Below, piece after piece: positions 8,333 to 17,209 of a stretch of DNA of 57,888 bases. The DNA comes from an uncultured Eubacteriales bacterium (lineage in GTDB: Bacteria; Bacillota; Clostridia; Oscillospirales; Acutalibacteraceae). The notes under the pieces were generated by a model. The model searched no databases and had not been told where the DNA came from. It saw only the letters and a program-made list of their open reading frames with translations. The stretch's first letter is position 1. Each line of letters opens with the position of its first letter. Location: the NCBI GenBank assembly GCA_900316925.1, contig ONEU01000048.1, forward strand, positions 1 through 57,888, in the 5' to 3' direction. The position numbers were made by a program, and so were the translations under genes.

Positions 8333-9838
8333 ATGAATTACAACAGCACCAGAAACAAGCAGAAAGTGGTGACTGCCGCTCAGGCAATTGCTCAGGGTAT
8401 TTCCGATGAGGGCGGTTTGTTTGTCCCCCAGTCACTTCCGAAGTATACGATGGAAGAGATCAAGGCAATGTCCGGGATGGATTACCGCGGCAGAGCCAAG
8501 AAGATTTTTGCCGACTTCCTGACAGACTTCACGCAGGAGGAGATCAACGAGAGCGTTGACGCTGCCTATACCGCAGAGAAATTCGGCTCGGAGAATCCTG
8601 CTCCTGTTTCTTACATTGAAAACGGCAGCACAAAGATGTCCGTGCTGGAACTGTGGCACGGTCCTACCTGTGCTTTCAAAGATATGGCGCTTCAGATTCT
8701 GCCCCACCTGCTCACCAAGTCCATGAAGAAGACCTACAGCGGCAAGGAAGCTGTGATCCTCGTTGCCACCAGCGGCGACACCGGCAAGGCAGCACTGGAG
8801 GGCTTCAAGGATGTTGACGGCACTAAGATCATGGTATTCTATCCGGTGAACGGCGTCAGCCCCATGCAGAAGCGCCAGATGGCCACTCAGAAGGGAGAAA
8901 ACGTGAGCGTCGTTGCCATCGAGGGCAACTTCGACGATGCCCAGACAGGTGTTAAAAAGATCTTCACCAATGCAGAGATCAAAGGAAAGCTCTCCGAGAA
9001 CAATATGCTTTTTTCCAGTGCGAACTCCATCAACTGGGGCAGACTGCTGCCGCAGGTGGTCTACTATTTCTCCGCCTACTGCGATATGCTCAAAGAGGGC
9101 AAGCTGCAGCCCGGCGATGAGATCAACGTGGTTGTTCCCACCGGTAACTTCGGCAATATTCTTGCTTCCTTCTATGCAATGAACATGGGACTGCCGATCA
9201 GGAAGTTTATCTGCGCCTCCAACTCCAACAATGTCCTGACCGATTTCATCAGAACCGGCACTTATGATAAGAAGAGAACCTTCTATACGACGATTTCACC
9301 CTCCATGGATATCCTGGTTTCCAGCAACCTGGAGAGACTGCTCTACCACCTCACAGACGGTGACGATCAGAAGGTAGCCTCCTGGATGGAGCAGCTTTCC
9401 GCATCCGGAGAGTACACCGTGGACGCTGCTGTCAAGGAGAAGCTCACCTCCTGCTTCTACGGCGGGTTCTGCGATGACGAGAACACCCAGAAGACCATCC
9501 GTGATATGTATCTCAACGAGAATTATCTCTGCGATACCCATACGGCTGTGGCTATCAACGTCTATCAGCAGTATGTTGCCGAGACAGGCGATAACACCAC
9601 AGCGGTCATTGCTTCCACCGCCAGCCCCTACAAGTTTGCCAAGAGCGTGCTGGAGGCTGTCAGCAATGGTACCCTCCCCGAGGATGAGTTCTCTATGGTG
9701 GACGCACTCTCCGCAACGACCAAGACTCCTGTACCGGCACCGCTTGCTTCTCTGAAGGATGCCGAAGTCAGATTCACCCAGACCTGCAAGGTAGACGAGA
9801 TGCCCGGGGCAGTGCTCGGCGGCCTTTCCATCGGCTGA
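8333..9838 (+). CDS. thrC: Threonine synthase (long form)
   Basis: MNYNSTRN...GGLFVP start, PLP-lysine motif GPTCAFKDMALQ, and TSGDTGKAA. ATG at 8333 is preceded by GAAGGAAA. Confidence 0.92.
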   Translation: MNYNSTRNKQKVVTAAQAIAQGISDEGGLFVPQSLPKYTMEEIKAMSGMDYRGRAKKIFADFLTDFTQEEINESVDAAYTAEKFGSENPAPVSYIENGSTKMSVLELWHGPTCAFKDMALQILPHLLTKSMKKTYSGKEAVILVATSGDTGKAALEGFKDVDGTKIMVFYPVNGVSPMQKRQMATQKGENVSVVAIEGNFDDAQTGVKKIFTNAEIKGKLSENNMLFSSANSINWGRLLPQVVYYFSAYCDMLKEGKLQPGDEINVVVPTGNFGNILASFYAMNMGLPIRKFICASNSNNVLTDFIRTGTYDKKRTFYTTISPSMDILVSSNLERLLYHLTDGDDQKVASWMEQLSASGEYTVDAAVKEKLTSCFYGGFCDDENTQKTIRDMYLNENYLCDTHTAVAINVYQQYVAETGDNTTAVIASTASPYKFAKSVLEAVSNGTLPEDEFSMVDALSATTKTPVPAPLASLKDAEVRFTQTCKVDEMPGAVLGGLSIG

Positions 9839-9848
9839 GGAAACGGAC

Positions 9849-10538
9849 ATGGCAGTGTATGCGATTGCCGATCTGCACCTGTCCTTCGGAGCCGATAAGC
9901 CGATGGACGTATTCAGCGGCTGGACGAACTATACCGAGCGTCTCCGTGACAACTGGCAGCGTTTGGTGGAGAAGGACGACACCGTGGTGATTGCGGGGGA
10001 TATCTCCTGGGCAATGAAGCTCACCGATACCGATGCCGATTTCCGGTTCATCCAATCCCTGAACGGGAAGAAGCTGCTGCTCAAGGGCAATCACGATTAC
10101 TGGTGGTCCACGAAGGCGAAAATGGACAAGTACCTTGCCGAACAGGGCTTTGACAGCCTGTCGATCCTGCATAATAATTATTACACAGCAGACGGCACGG
10201 CGATCTGCGGTTCAAGAGGGTGGTTCTACGACGCGGAGACAGACGCTGATATGCTCATCCTGAACCGAGAGGTAGGACGTCTGCGGATGTCCATCGAGCC
10301 GGCCCTGAAGGACGGCTATGACCCGGTGGTGTTCCTGCACTATCCGCCGATCTATAATAATATGGAGTGTGAGGAGATCCTCAGCGTGCTGCGGGAGTAT
10401 GGGATCAAGAAATGCTTCTACGGGCATATCCACGGCGGAAATGCGGCAAAGAAAGCCTTTATCGGCGAAAAATACGGCATAAGCTTCAGACTGATCGCCT
10501 GTGACTACCTCGGATTTACGCCGCTTTCCATCAGATAA
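9849..10538 (+). CDS. Metallophosphoesterase family protein
   Basis: Motifs DLHLS, GDISWA and GNHDYWW (calcineurin-like phosphoesterase signatures). Confidence 0.8.
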   Translation: MAVYAIADLHLSFGADKPMDVFSGWTNYTERLRDNWQRLVEKDDTVVIAGDISWAMKLTDTDADFRFIQSLNGKKLLLKGNHDYWWSTKAKMDKYLAEQGFDSLSILHNNYYTADGTAICGSRGWFYDAETDADMLILNREVGRLRMSIEPALKDGYDPVVFLHYPPIYNNMECEEILSVLREYGIKKCFYGHIHGGNAAKKAFIGEKYGISFRLIACDYLGFTPLSIR

Positions 10539-10613
10539 GGATGTCATTGACGGAAAAAATGATGAAAAAGCCCCCGGATTCGCCAAAAAAACAAAGAAAT
10601 CAAGCATTTCAGC

Positions 10614-10642
10614 TTGATAAATAAAATGATATGTGTTATAAT
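10614..10642 (+). promoter_or_regulatory. Sigma-A promoter of tig
   Basis: -35 TTGATA, 17-nt spacer, extended -10 TGtTATAAT. Confidence 0.65.
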
Positions 10643-10681
10643 CTTTATTGATTTTTCAGCTTTAATTGGAGGATAATAAAA

Positions 10682-11968
10682 ATGAAACTGATTTCATCAA
10701 ACAAGGTAGAGACAAACCGCTATGAGCTTCAGATCGAGATTGACGGCGAGACCTTTATGAAGGCTGTCAATGCGGTTTACAAAAAGCAGGTAAAGAGCAT
10801 TTCCATCCCTGGCTTCAGAAAGGGCAAGGCTCCCCGTGCCATCATCGAGAGAGAGTACGGCGAGGGCGTATTCTATGAAGATGCACTCAAGGAAATCTAT
10901 CCTGCCGCTATCGCAGAGGCTGCAAAAGAGGCCGGTCTGGAGCTTGTCAGAGATAAGATCGACCTGGATGTCGAGAAGGCCGGTAAGGACGGCGTTGTCT
11001 TCAAGGCTGTCGTAACGGTTGAGCCTGAGGTGACCATCGAGAACTACAAGGGCATCACCTACAAGCCCATGTCTCTGGAAGTAACCGATGAGGACGTGGA
11101 CGCAGATGTGCAGAAGGTTCTGGAGAGAAACAGCCGTCTTGTGACGGTTGAGGACAGAGCTGCCGAGAACGGCGATATCACCGTGATCGACTTCAAGGGA
11201 CTGCTCGACGGTGAAGCATTCGAGGGCGGCACCTCCGAGAACTACAACCTGACCCTGGGAAGCGGCTCCTTCATTCCGGGCTTTGAGGATCAGATCATCG
11301 GCCACAACGCCGGCGAGGAGTTCACCATTGATGTGACCTTCCCGGAGGACTATCAGGCAGAAGAGCTGAAGGGTAAGGCTGTTCAGTTCGAGATCAAGCT
11401 CCACGAGATCAAGAAGCGTGAGCTGCCTGTATTTGATGATGAATTTGTCAAGGATGTCAGCGAGTTCGATACCGTAGATGCCTACAAGGCAGATGTCAGA
11501 ACAAAGCTGGAGTCTTCCCGCAAGGAAGAGGCAGAGTCTGATAAGGAGCGCCAGGTAGCCGATAAGCTGCAGGAGCTGCTGCAGGCTGAGATCCCGGAGG
11601 CAATGTATGACAACCAGGTAGATAACCTGATCGACGAGTTCTCCATGAACCTGAGAGCACAGGGCATCGACCTGCAGACTTATATGCAGTACACCGGCCT
11701 GACAGAGGATAAGCTCCGTGAGACATACTACGACAGAGCTGTATCTCAGATCAAGGTAAGACTGGCTCTGAAGAAGATCGCTGAGCTTGAGGGCATCAAG
11801 GCTTCTGATGAGGATATTGAGAACAAGTACAACGAGCTGGCTGAAACCTATAAGGTAGAGGTAGCAAGAGTAAAGGCAGCCTTCTCCGCTGACGATATCG
11901 GCGGCGACCTTGAGGTTGCAAGAGCACTTGATCTCGTAAAGGATGCTGCAGTAGCAGCAGAGGAGTAA
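10682..11968 (+). CDS. tig: Trigger factor
   Basis: N-terminal ribosome-binding motif GFRKGKAP, a central FKBP-type PPIase domain (DFKG..DGE.FEGG), and a helical C-terminal domain. Confidence 0.95.
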   Translation: MKLISSNKVETNRYELQIEIDGETFMKAVNAVYKKQVKSISIPGFRKGKAPRAIIEREYGEGVFYEDALKEIYPAAIAEAAKEAGLELVRDKIDLDVEKAGKDGVVFKAVVTVEPEVTIENYKGITYKPMSLEVTDEDVDADVQKVLERNSRLVTVEDRAAENGDITVIDFKGLLDGEAFEGGTSENYNLTLGSGSFIPGFEDQIIGHNAGEEFTIDVTFPEDYQAEELKGKAVQFEIKLHEIKKRELPVFDDEFVKDVSEFDTVDAYKADVRTKLESSRKEEAESDKERQVADKLQELLQAEIPEAMYDNQVDNLIDEFSMNLRAQGIDLQTYMQYTGLTEDKLRETYYDRAVSQIKVRLALKKIAELEGIKASDEDIENKYNELAETYKVEVARVKAAFSADDIGGDLEVARALDLVKDAAVAAEE

Positions 11969-12094
11969 TTTCCTGAGAAAAACGAAGAACGATGAAACCA
12001 ATACCGGCTCCGGATTTCAAAAGATCTGAAGCCGGTTTGCATAAAGCAGGAAGGTTTTGTCCAAGCTTTTACTATTGAAACGGAGGGAAAGAAA

Positions 12095-12676
12095 ATGGCA
12101 TTAGTACCTACCGTCATTGAACAGACCAACAGAGGTGAGCGTGCCTACGACATCTATTCCAGACTGCTCAATGACCGTATCGTCATGTTGACGGATGAAG
12201 TCAACAATGTAACGGCAAGTCTTGTGGTGGCCCAGCTTCTGTTCCTGGAGGGACAGGATTCCACCAAAGATATCAGCCTGTATATCAACAGCCCCGGCGG
12301 TTCTGTTTCCGACGGCCTGGCAATCTATGATACCATCCAGTACATCAAGTGTGATGTATCGACCATCTGCATGGGAATGGCCGCCAGTATGGGCGCATTC
12401 CTGCTGGCAGCCGGCACCAAGGGCAAGCGTTTTGCCCTTCCCAACAGCGAGATTATGATTCATCAGCCTCTCGGCGGTGCCCAGGGACAGGCTTCCGATA
12501 TCATTATCTCTGCCAATCACATTCAACGCACCAAGAAAAGACTGAACACCATTCTTGCGGAAAGAACCGGACAGCCCCTGGATATCATCGAGAAGGATAC
12601 CGACCGTGATAACTGGCTCACCGCTCAGCAGGCATTGGAGTATGGTCTGATCGACAAGGTGATTGATCATCGATAA
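12095..12676 (+). CDS. clpP: ATP-dependent Clp protease proteolytic subunit
   Basis: [22 protein letters not shown]..., catalytic GMAASMGA and HQPLGG. Confidence 0.97.
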   Translation: MALVPTVIEQTNRGERAYDIYSRLLNDRIVMLTDEVNNVTASLVVAQLLFLEGQDSTKDISLYINSPGGSVSDGLAIYDTIQYIKCDVSTICMGMAASMGAFLLAAGTKGKRFALPNSEIMIHQPLGGAQGQASDIIISANHIQRTKKRLNTILAERTGQPLDIIEKDTDRDNWLTAQQALEYGLIDKVIDHR

Positions 12677-12688
12677 GGAGTTGCATCA

Positions 12689-14002
12689 ATGGCAAACAAG
12701 GACGACAGCAGAAAACCGATCTATTGCTCCTTCTGCGGCAAATCACAGGAGACTGTCGGCAGAATGATTCAGGGTGCAGGCGCCTACATCTGTGACGAAT
12801 GCATCCGCCTTTGCAGCTCCATTCTGAAGGACGACCATCTTTATACAGAAGAGCCCGAGGAAGATACCTTCAACAGCCTCGATGATCTTCCCCGCCCGAA
12901 GGAGATAAAGGAAAAGTTGGATGAATATGTGATCGGACAGGACGACGCCAAGGTTTCCCTGGCAGTTTCGGTTTACAATCACTATAAAAGGATCAACTAC
13001 CATGATGAAGACGACGTTGCCCTGAACAAGAGCAACGTGCTTCTGCTTGGACCATCCGGTGTGGGCAAGACCCTGTTGGCACAGACTCTGGCAAGGATTC
13101 TGGACGTTCCCTTTGCCATTGCCGATGCTACGACCCTGACAGAAGCCGGTTATGTGGGTGAGGATGTGGAAAACATCCTGCTGCGTCTGATCCAGGCTGC
13201 TGATTTTGATATCAAGCGGGCCGAGCGCGGCATCATCTATGTGGATGAGATCGACAAGATCGCCAGAAAATCCGAAAACCCGTCCATTACCCGAGACGTG
13301 AGCGGTGAGGGCGTGCAGCAGGCACTTCTGAAGATCCTTGAAGGTACCGTGTCCAACGTACCGCCCCAGGGCGGCAGAAAGCATCCTCAGCAGGAGTTCA
13401 TCCAGATCGACACCACCAATATTCTGTTTATCTGCGGCGGTGCATTCGACGGCCTGGAAAAGACAGTCGAAAAGCGGATGGGGTCTTCCGTGCTGGGCTT
13501 CAATGCCGACATCCGCACCAAAGCGGAGCTTGACACCACGAGCTGGATGTCGGACGTCATTCCGCAGGATCTTGTCAAGTTCGGCCTGATTCCGGAGTTA
13601 GTCGGCAGACTGCCTGTGATCACCGCTCTGAACGGTCTTGACGAGACTTCACTTGTGCGTATCCTGAAAGAGCCGAAGGATTCTCTCATCAAGCAGTACA
13701 CTAAGCTGTTTGCCATGGACGGAGTCGATCTGGAATTTGAGGATGAAGCGCTCAAAGAGGTTGCCAGGAAAGCGATTGAACGTCATACCGGTGCACGAGG
13801 ACTTCGTTCCATCATGGAGGACATCCTCAAGAATCTGATGTATGAGATTCCTTCTGACGAGACGGTTACCAAGATCACCATCACGCCTGCTACGGTGTCA
13901 GGTGACGCAGAGCCGGAGTTGGAGCGCTCAAAAACCAAGCGTGTGAGGAAGGTTCCTGCCAAAACTTCCTCTAAAAAGAAATCCAAAAAGCATAGTGCCT
14001 GA
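12689..14002 (+). CDS. clpX: ATP-dependent Clp protease ATP-binding subunit ClpX
   Basis: Zn-finger CSFCGK...CDEC, Walker [24 protein letters not shown]. Confidence 0.97.
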   Translation: MANKDDSRKPIYCSFCGKSQETVGRMIQGAGAYICDECIRLCSSILKDDHLYTEEPEEDTFNSLDDLPRPKEIKEKLDEYVIGQDDAKVSLAVSVYNHYKRINYHDEDDVALNKSNVLLLGPSGVGKTLLAQTLARILDVPFAIADATTLTEAGYVGEDVENILLRLIQAADFDIKRAERGIIYVDEIDKIARKSENPSITRDVSGEGVQQALLKILEGTVSNVPPQGGRKHPQQEFIQIDTTNILFICGGAFDGLEKTVEKRMGSSVLGFNADIRTKAELDTTSWMSDVIPQDLVKFGLIPELVGRLPVITALNGLDETSLVRILKEPKDSLIKQYTKLFAMDGVDLEFEDEALKEVARKAIERHTGARGLRSIMEDILKNLMYEIPSDETVTKITITPATVSGDAEPELERSKTKRVRKVPAKTSSKKKSKKHSA

Positions 14003-14015
14003 GCATAAAAAAATC

Positions 14016-14050
14016 ACACGGTCATCCGTTTGGACGGCCGTGTTTCTTTA
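14016..14050 (+). terminator. Candidate terminator of clpX
   Basis: Imperfect hairpin CACGGTCATCCG...TGGACGGCCGTG followed by TTTCTTTAT. Confidence 0.45.
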
Positions 14051-14051
14051 T

Positions 14052-14085
14052 GCAGCAAAAAGGTCTGCCGCAGGAACGGCAGACC
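14052..14085 (-). terminator. Terminator of the PucR/CdaR-type regulator gene
   Basis: Perfect 9-bp stem GGTCTGCCG/CGGCAGACC, followed on the minus strand by TTTTTGCTGC. Confidence 0.6.
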
Positions 14086-14096
14086 AAGGGTTTCGA

Positions 14097-15182
14097 TTAG
14101 TATTTGATGGGGTTGGAGGAGAGGTATTTCTTAACCATCAGAGCTACTTTAAAGACGATAGCATCCTCAAATTCTCTCAGGTCAAGACCGGTGAGCTTTT
14201 TGATCTTCTCCAGACGATACACCAGCGTATTTCTGTGAACGAAGAGCTTACGGGAGGTCTCGGAGACATTCAGGTTGTTTTCAAAGAAACGCTGAATGGT
14301 GAACAGAGTTTCCTGGTCGAGAGATTCGATGGAGCCTCTCTTGAAGACCTCCTTCAGGAACATATCGCACAGGGTAGTGGGGAGCTGGTAAACGAGACGG
14401 GCAATACCGAGATTGTCATAGCTGATGATGGTACGCTCGGTATCGAATACCTTGCCGACTTCCAGAGCCACCTGAGCCTCCTTGAAGGAACGAGCCAGAT
14501 CCTTGATGCCGGTCACGGGAGTGCCGATACCAATGACGCAGTGAGTATAGAACTCGCCGGAAAGCGTATCCACGATGGAGCTTGCCAGTTTTTCCAGATC
14601 CTTGGAATCAATATCGTCTTTGATCTCCTTCACGAGAGCAATATCTGTCTCATTGATATTGATGACAAAGTCCTTGGACTTATCAGGGAAGAGGTTCTGG
14701 ATGACATCATAAGCGGAAATATCAGTCTTGGAGGAAATCTTGATGAGCAGGCAGACTCTGGTAACATCTGCATTGAAGCGCAGCTCTCTGGATTTCAGAT
14801 AAATGTCACCGGGCAGGATATTGTCGAGAATGACATTCTTGATGAAGTTGCCCCTGTCATATTTCTCGTCATAATACTGCTTGATGCTTCCAAGAGAGAT
14901 AGCCAGAATAGCGGCATACTTCTGAGCGGCATAATCGTTGCCTGCAACAAACACGGCATATTCACCTCTCGGCTTGTTGCCAAAGGATTTGTATGTATAG
15001 CCGTTAAGAACGAAAGGAGCGGCGGATGTCAGCATTTCAGAGGTAATATGTTCATTTACCTCACCGATTTTTCCAAGCTCACTGCACGCAATGACTACAG
15101 AGGTTTCATCGATCACGCCGATGGTTCTGTCGATGGTATCACGCATCTGGTGGATCACACCTTGAAATAATCTGTTGGACAT
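14097..15182 (-). CDS. PucR/CdaR-family transcriptional regulator (sugar-diacid regulator-like)
   Basis: C-terminal PucR HTH: FFENNLNVSETSRKLFVHRNTLVYRLEKIKKLTGLDLREFEDA. RBS GAGGGAAA. The + strand ORF 13995-15170 is its shadow. Confidence 0.85.
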   Translation of the reverse strand: MSNRLFQGVIHQMRDTIDRTIGVIDETSVVIACSELGKIGEVNEHITSEMLTSAAPFVLNGYTYKSFGNKPRGEYAVFVAGNDYAAQKYAAILAISLGSIKQYYDEKYDRGNFIKNVILDNILPGDIYLKSRELRFNADVTRVCLLIKISSKTDISAYDVIQNLFPDKSKDFVININETDIALVKEIKDDIDSKDLEKLASSIVDTLSGEFYTHCVIGIGTPVTGIKDLARSFKEAQVALEVGKVFDTERTIISYDNLGIARLVYQLPTTLCDMFLKEVFKRGSIESLDQETLFTIQRFFENNLNVSETSRKLFVHRNTLVYRLEKIKKLTGLDLREFEDAIVFKVALMVKKYLSSNPIKY

Positions 15183-15300
15183 ATATTTTCCCTCACTTTA
15201 ACATAATGGTAATTGATAACGACAAGGCGTTATGCCAATGGGTTTCAATACATCTATATATACATTTTACACAAAAACAAATCGAATTGCAACCTTTTTA

Positions 15301-15325
15301 ACAAATATTTATCGAAATATTTTGT
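15301..15325. promoter_or_regulatory. Near-palindromic AT-rich candidate operator in the divergent regulator/permease intergenic region
   Basis: ACAAATATTTATCGAAATATTTTGT contains two copies of the self-complementary AAATATTT separated by ATCG. Confidence 0.3.
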
Positions 15326-15508
15326 TTATTTGCTTTAAAAACTATAAAATGTTACAAAATACGACAATGACTGATAAATATGCACAAAATCTTAGCGAAA
15401 TAAATAGTAATCTGCAACAAAATGTCTTTTCCAGTCCCGAAAACTTCCCAGAGCATCTGTTATGCTCAGAATCAGCATGATTCACACATCCAATTTTTCT
15501 CTCCCGTC

Positions 15509-15537
15509 TTGCAAAAACAATCGTTTCATACTATAAT
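15509..15537 (+). promoter_or_regulatory. Sigma-A promoter of the permease gene
   Basis: -35 TTGCAA, 17-nt spacer, -10 TATAAT. Confidence 0.6.
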
Positions 15538-15573
15538 CGAAAGGAAAGCTAAAAAGAGGTCAGGTGAATCCGG

Positions 15574-16719
15574 ATGCATTTTCTGGCATCATGCAAGAAG
15601 CTGCTGAAAAATGAAGCAGTATTTTTTATCTCGTTGGTTCTGGCAATCATTTCCTGTTTTTTCTGTCCGCCCGGAGAGCGGTACCTCGGGTATATTGATT
15701 TTCGGGTACTGGCCATTCTTCTCGGACTGATGCTTGTCATGTCGGCCTATAAACGGCTGGGAATTTTTGACAGGATCTGCGGCTTTTTATTGTCCAGGAC
15801 ACGAACGGTGCGTCAACTGTCGTTTGTACTCGTCATGCTGTGTTTTTTCTCGTCCATGCTCATTACCAATGATGTGGCTCTGGTGGCATTTGTGCCGTTT
15901 GCGCTCTATGCGCTGAAAAAGTCCGGCTATGAGAAGAAATCCGTGTTTGTTGTCGTGCTGCAGACGATCGCCGCCAATCTCGGTAGTATGCTGCTCCCGT
16001 CCGGAAATCCGCAGAACCTCTATTTGTATCATTTATCGGGGATGTCCTACGGTGAGTTCGTGCTGCTGATGCTGCCCTATACGCTGGTGTCCTTTGCATT
16101 GCTGACGTTTATTCTGCTCCTGTTCTGCAGGAAAGAGCCGATCGCACCGATTCCGCGGCAAAAAGCGGCACCGTATAAACCGAAGGATAAAATGTGCCTG
16201 GTGGTATACAGCTTCCTGTTCCTGCTGGGCATCCTTACTGTCTGTCGTGTCATTCCCTATTATGTTTTCCTGGCGGCCTGTGTGCTGTTGATCGCGGTAC
16301 TGGATTACAAAGCCTTTGCCGGGGCAGACTATTTCCTGCTGCTCACATTTATTTGTTTCTTTATTTTTATCGGCAATCTCGGCAGTCTGGAAGCGGTCAG
16401 AAATTGGATGCAGAGCCTGGTGAATGGGCGTGAAGTATTGGCAGGTATCGTATCGAGCCAGTTTATCAGCAATGTGCCGGCGGCATTGATGCTGTCAGGA
16501 TTTATCGACAGCTATGCGCTTCTTGTGATTGGTACGGATCTGGGCGGTCTGGGAACGCTGATTGCTTCGATGGCCAGTCTGATCTCCTATAAATACTATG
16601 CCCGTGCCTTCTCTGGTCAAAAAGGCGATCACTCCCGCGCAAAATATCTGCTCACCTTTACTTATTATAATGTCATTTTTCTGGCGGTACTTCTGGCATT
16701 GTACTTTATCATCCGATGA
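15574..16719 (+). CDS. Polytopic anion/citrate-type permease (ArsB/NhaD-CitMHS superfamily-like)
   Basis: About 10 predicted TM segments. Motifs ...SMLITNDVALV.FVPF... and ...ANLGSMLLPSGNPQNLYLY... are typical of this permease superfamily. Confidence 0.6.
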   Translation: MHFLASCKKLLKNEAVFFISLVLAIISCFFCPPGERYLGYIDFRVLAILLGLMLVMSAYKRLGIFDRICGFLLSRTRTVRQLSFVLVMLCFFSSMLITNDVALVAFVPFALYALKKSGYEKKSVFVVVLQTIAANLGSMLLPSGNPQNLYLYHLSGMSYGEFVLLMLPYTLVSFALLTFILLLFCRKEPIAPIPRQKAAPYKPKDKMCLVVYSFLFLLGILTVCRVIPYYVFLAACVLLIAVLDYKAFAGADYFLLLTFICFFIFIGNLGSLEAVRNWMQSLVNGREVLAGIVSSQFISNVPAALMLSGFIDSYALLVIGTDLGGLGTLIASMASLISYKYYARAFSGQKGDHSRAKYLLTFTYYNVIFLAVLLALYFIIR

Positions 16720-16904
16720 AAGGAAATCAGCTTTTTGCTAATGGTCGGCAGTTGAATCAAACCATCGGCGGATTCAGAAAGGGTTACCCTGAGGGGAGTT
16801 TGTGTAAAAATGTCTGCGCTACCATGGTACCAGCGATTGGTTGACCTTCCGTCATCCCACTTTCTATCCTCGTCTACACCTGCAAAAAGCAGGCTCTGCG
16901 CCCG

Positions 16905-17100
16905 CAGGGAAATCAATTTTAAAAATCCTTGCCTGGAAGTCTATGCAAATTCTTTATCAACCACGATGAGAAGTTAGTGCTTACCGATTGCTTCAAGGCT
17001 TATTCCATAGCGAATTTTGGAAAGGGGTCCTGGGAAAACCTTTTTTTCGAAAGAAAAAGGTTTTCCCCGGGTAGCTGGCAGGTCAAAATTGATTTCCGTG
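16905..17100 (+). repeat. Intergenic MITE-like repeat, copy A (full length, 196 bp)
   Basis: Terminal inverted repeats CAGGGAAATCAATTTT (16905-16920) and AAAATTGATTTCCGTG (17085-17100). Central 13-bp-stem palindrome GGAAAACCTTTTT...AAAAAGGTTTTCC. Shares long blocks with copies at 28553, 34790 and 45049. Confidence 0.8.
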
Positions 17101-17118
17101 CTGCACCCGTGGACCAGG

Positions 17119-17147
17119 TTGCATTTTTTGAGTTGGGATGCTATAAT
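17119..17147 (+). promoter_or_regulatory. Sigma-A promoter of the U32 peptidase gene
   Basis: -35 TTGCAT, 17-nt spacer, -10 TATAAT, starting 19 nt after the right end of repeat copy A. Confidence 0.6.
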
Positions 17148-17209
17148 AAGGAAACTTAACTGTTTGAAACGAGAGAAAATCGACAAAGCTGAAAGAAAGA
17201 GGGGATTGT

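Noticed and set aside
10697-12001. 434-aa ORF antisense to, and longer than, the whole tig gene
   Set aside because: The + strand product is an unmistakable trigger factor. The antisense translation is Leu/Ser/Cys-rich low-information sequence with no RBS. This is a typical shadow ORF caused by the GAG/GAC/AAG-rich codon usage of the sense gene.
13995-15170. 391-aa + strand ORF overlapping the PucR/CdaR regulator gene
   Set aside because: The minus-strand frame carries a clear PucR C-terminal HTH and a good RBS. The + strand ORF starts inside the clpX stop and terminator region and has no recognisable motif.
15232-15480. 82-aa ORF in the AT-rich divergent spacer
   Set aside because: It has no RBS and an Asn/Ile/Phe-rich composition typical of random AT-rich sequence. 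The region is better explained as promoter/operator DNA.
16720-16904. Possible structured RNA or pseudogene in the spacer after the permease gene (contains the perfect 10-bp palindrome TACCATGGTA)
   Set aside because: Only short isolated hairpins are present, with no recognisable RNA-family signature or protein homology. The evidence is insufficient to call a feature.
16665-16916. 83-aa minus-strand ORF between the permease gene and repeat copy A
   Set aside because: It starts with TTG inside the repeat's left inverted repeat, overlaps the permease 3' end by 55 nt, and shows no recognisable motif. It is possibly a decayed gene fragment, but this is not supportable.
16929-17159. Small ORFs inside the MITE-like repeats (16929-17159, 34728-35012, tail of 44858-45178) that share peptide strings such as ANFGKGSWENLFF
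   Set aside because: The shared peptide text only reflects nucleotide identity. Frames and lengths differ between copies, indels break them, and there are no RBSs.
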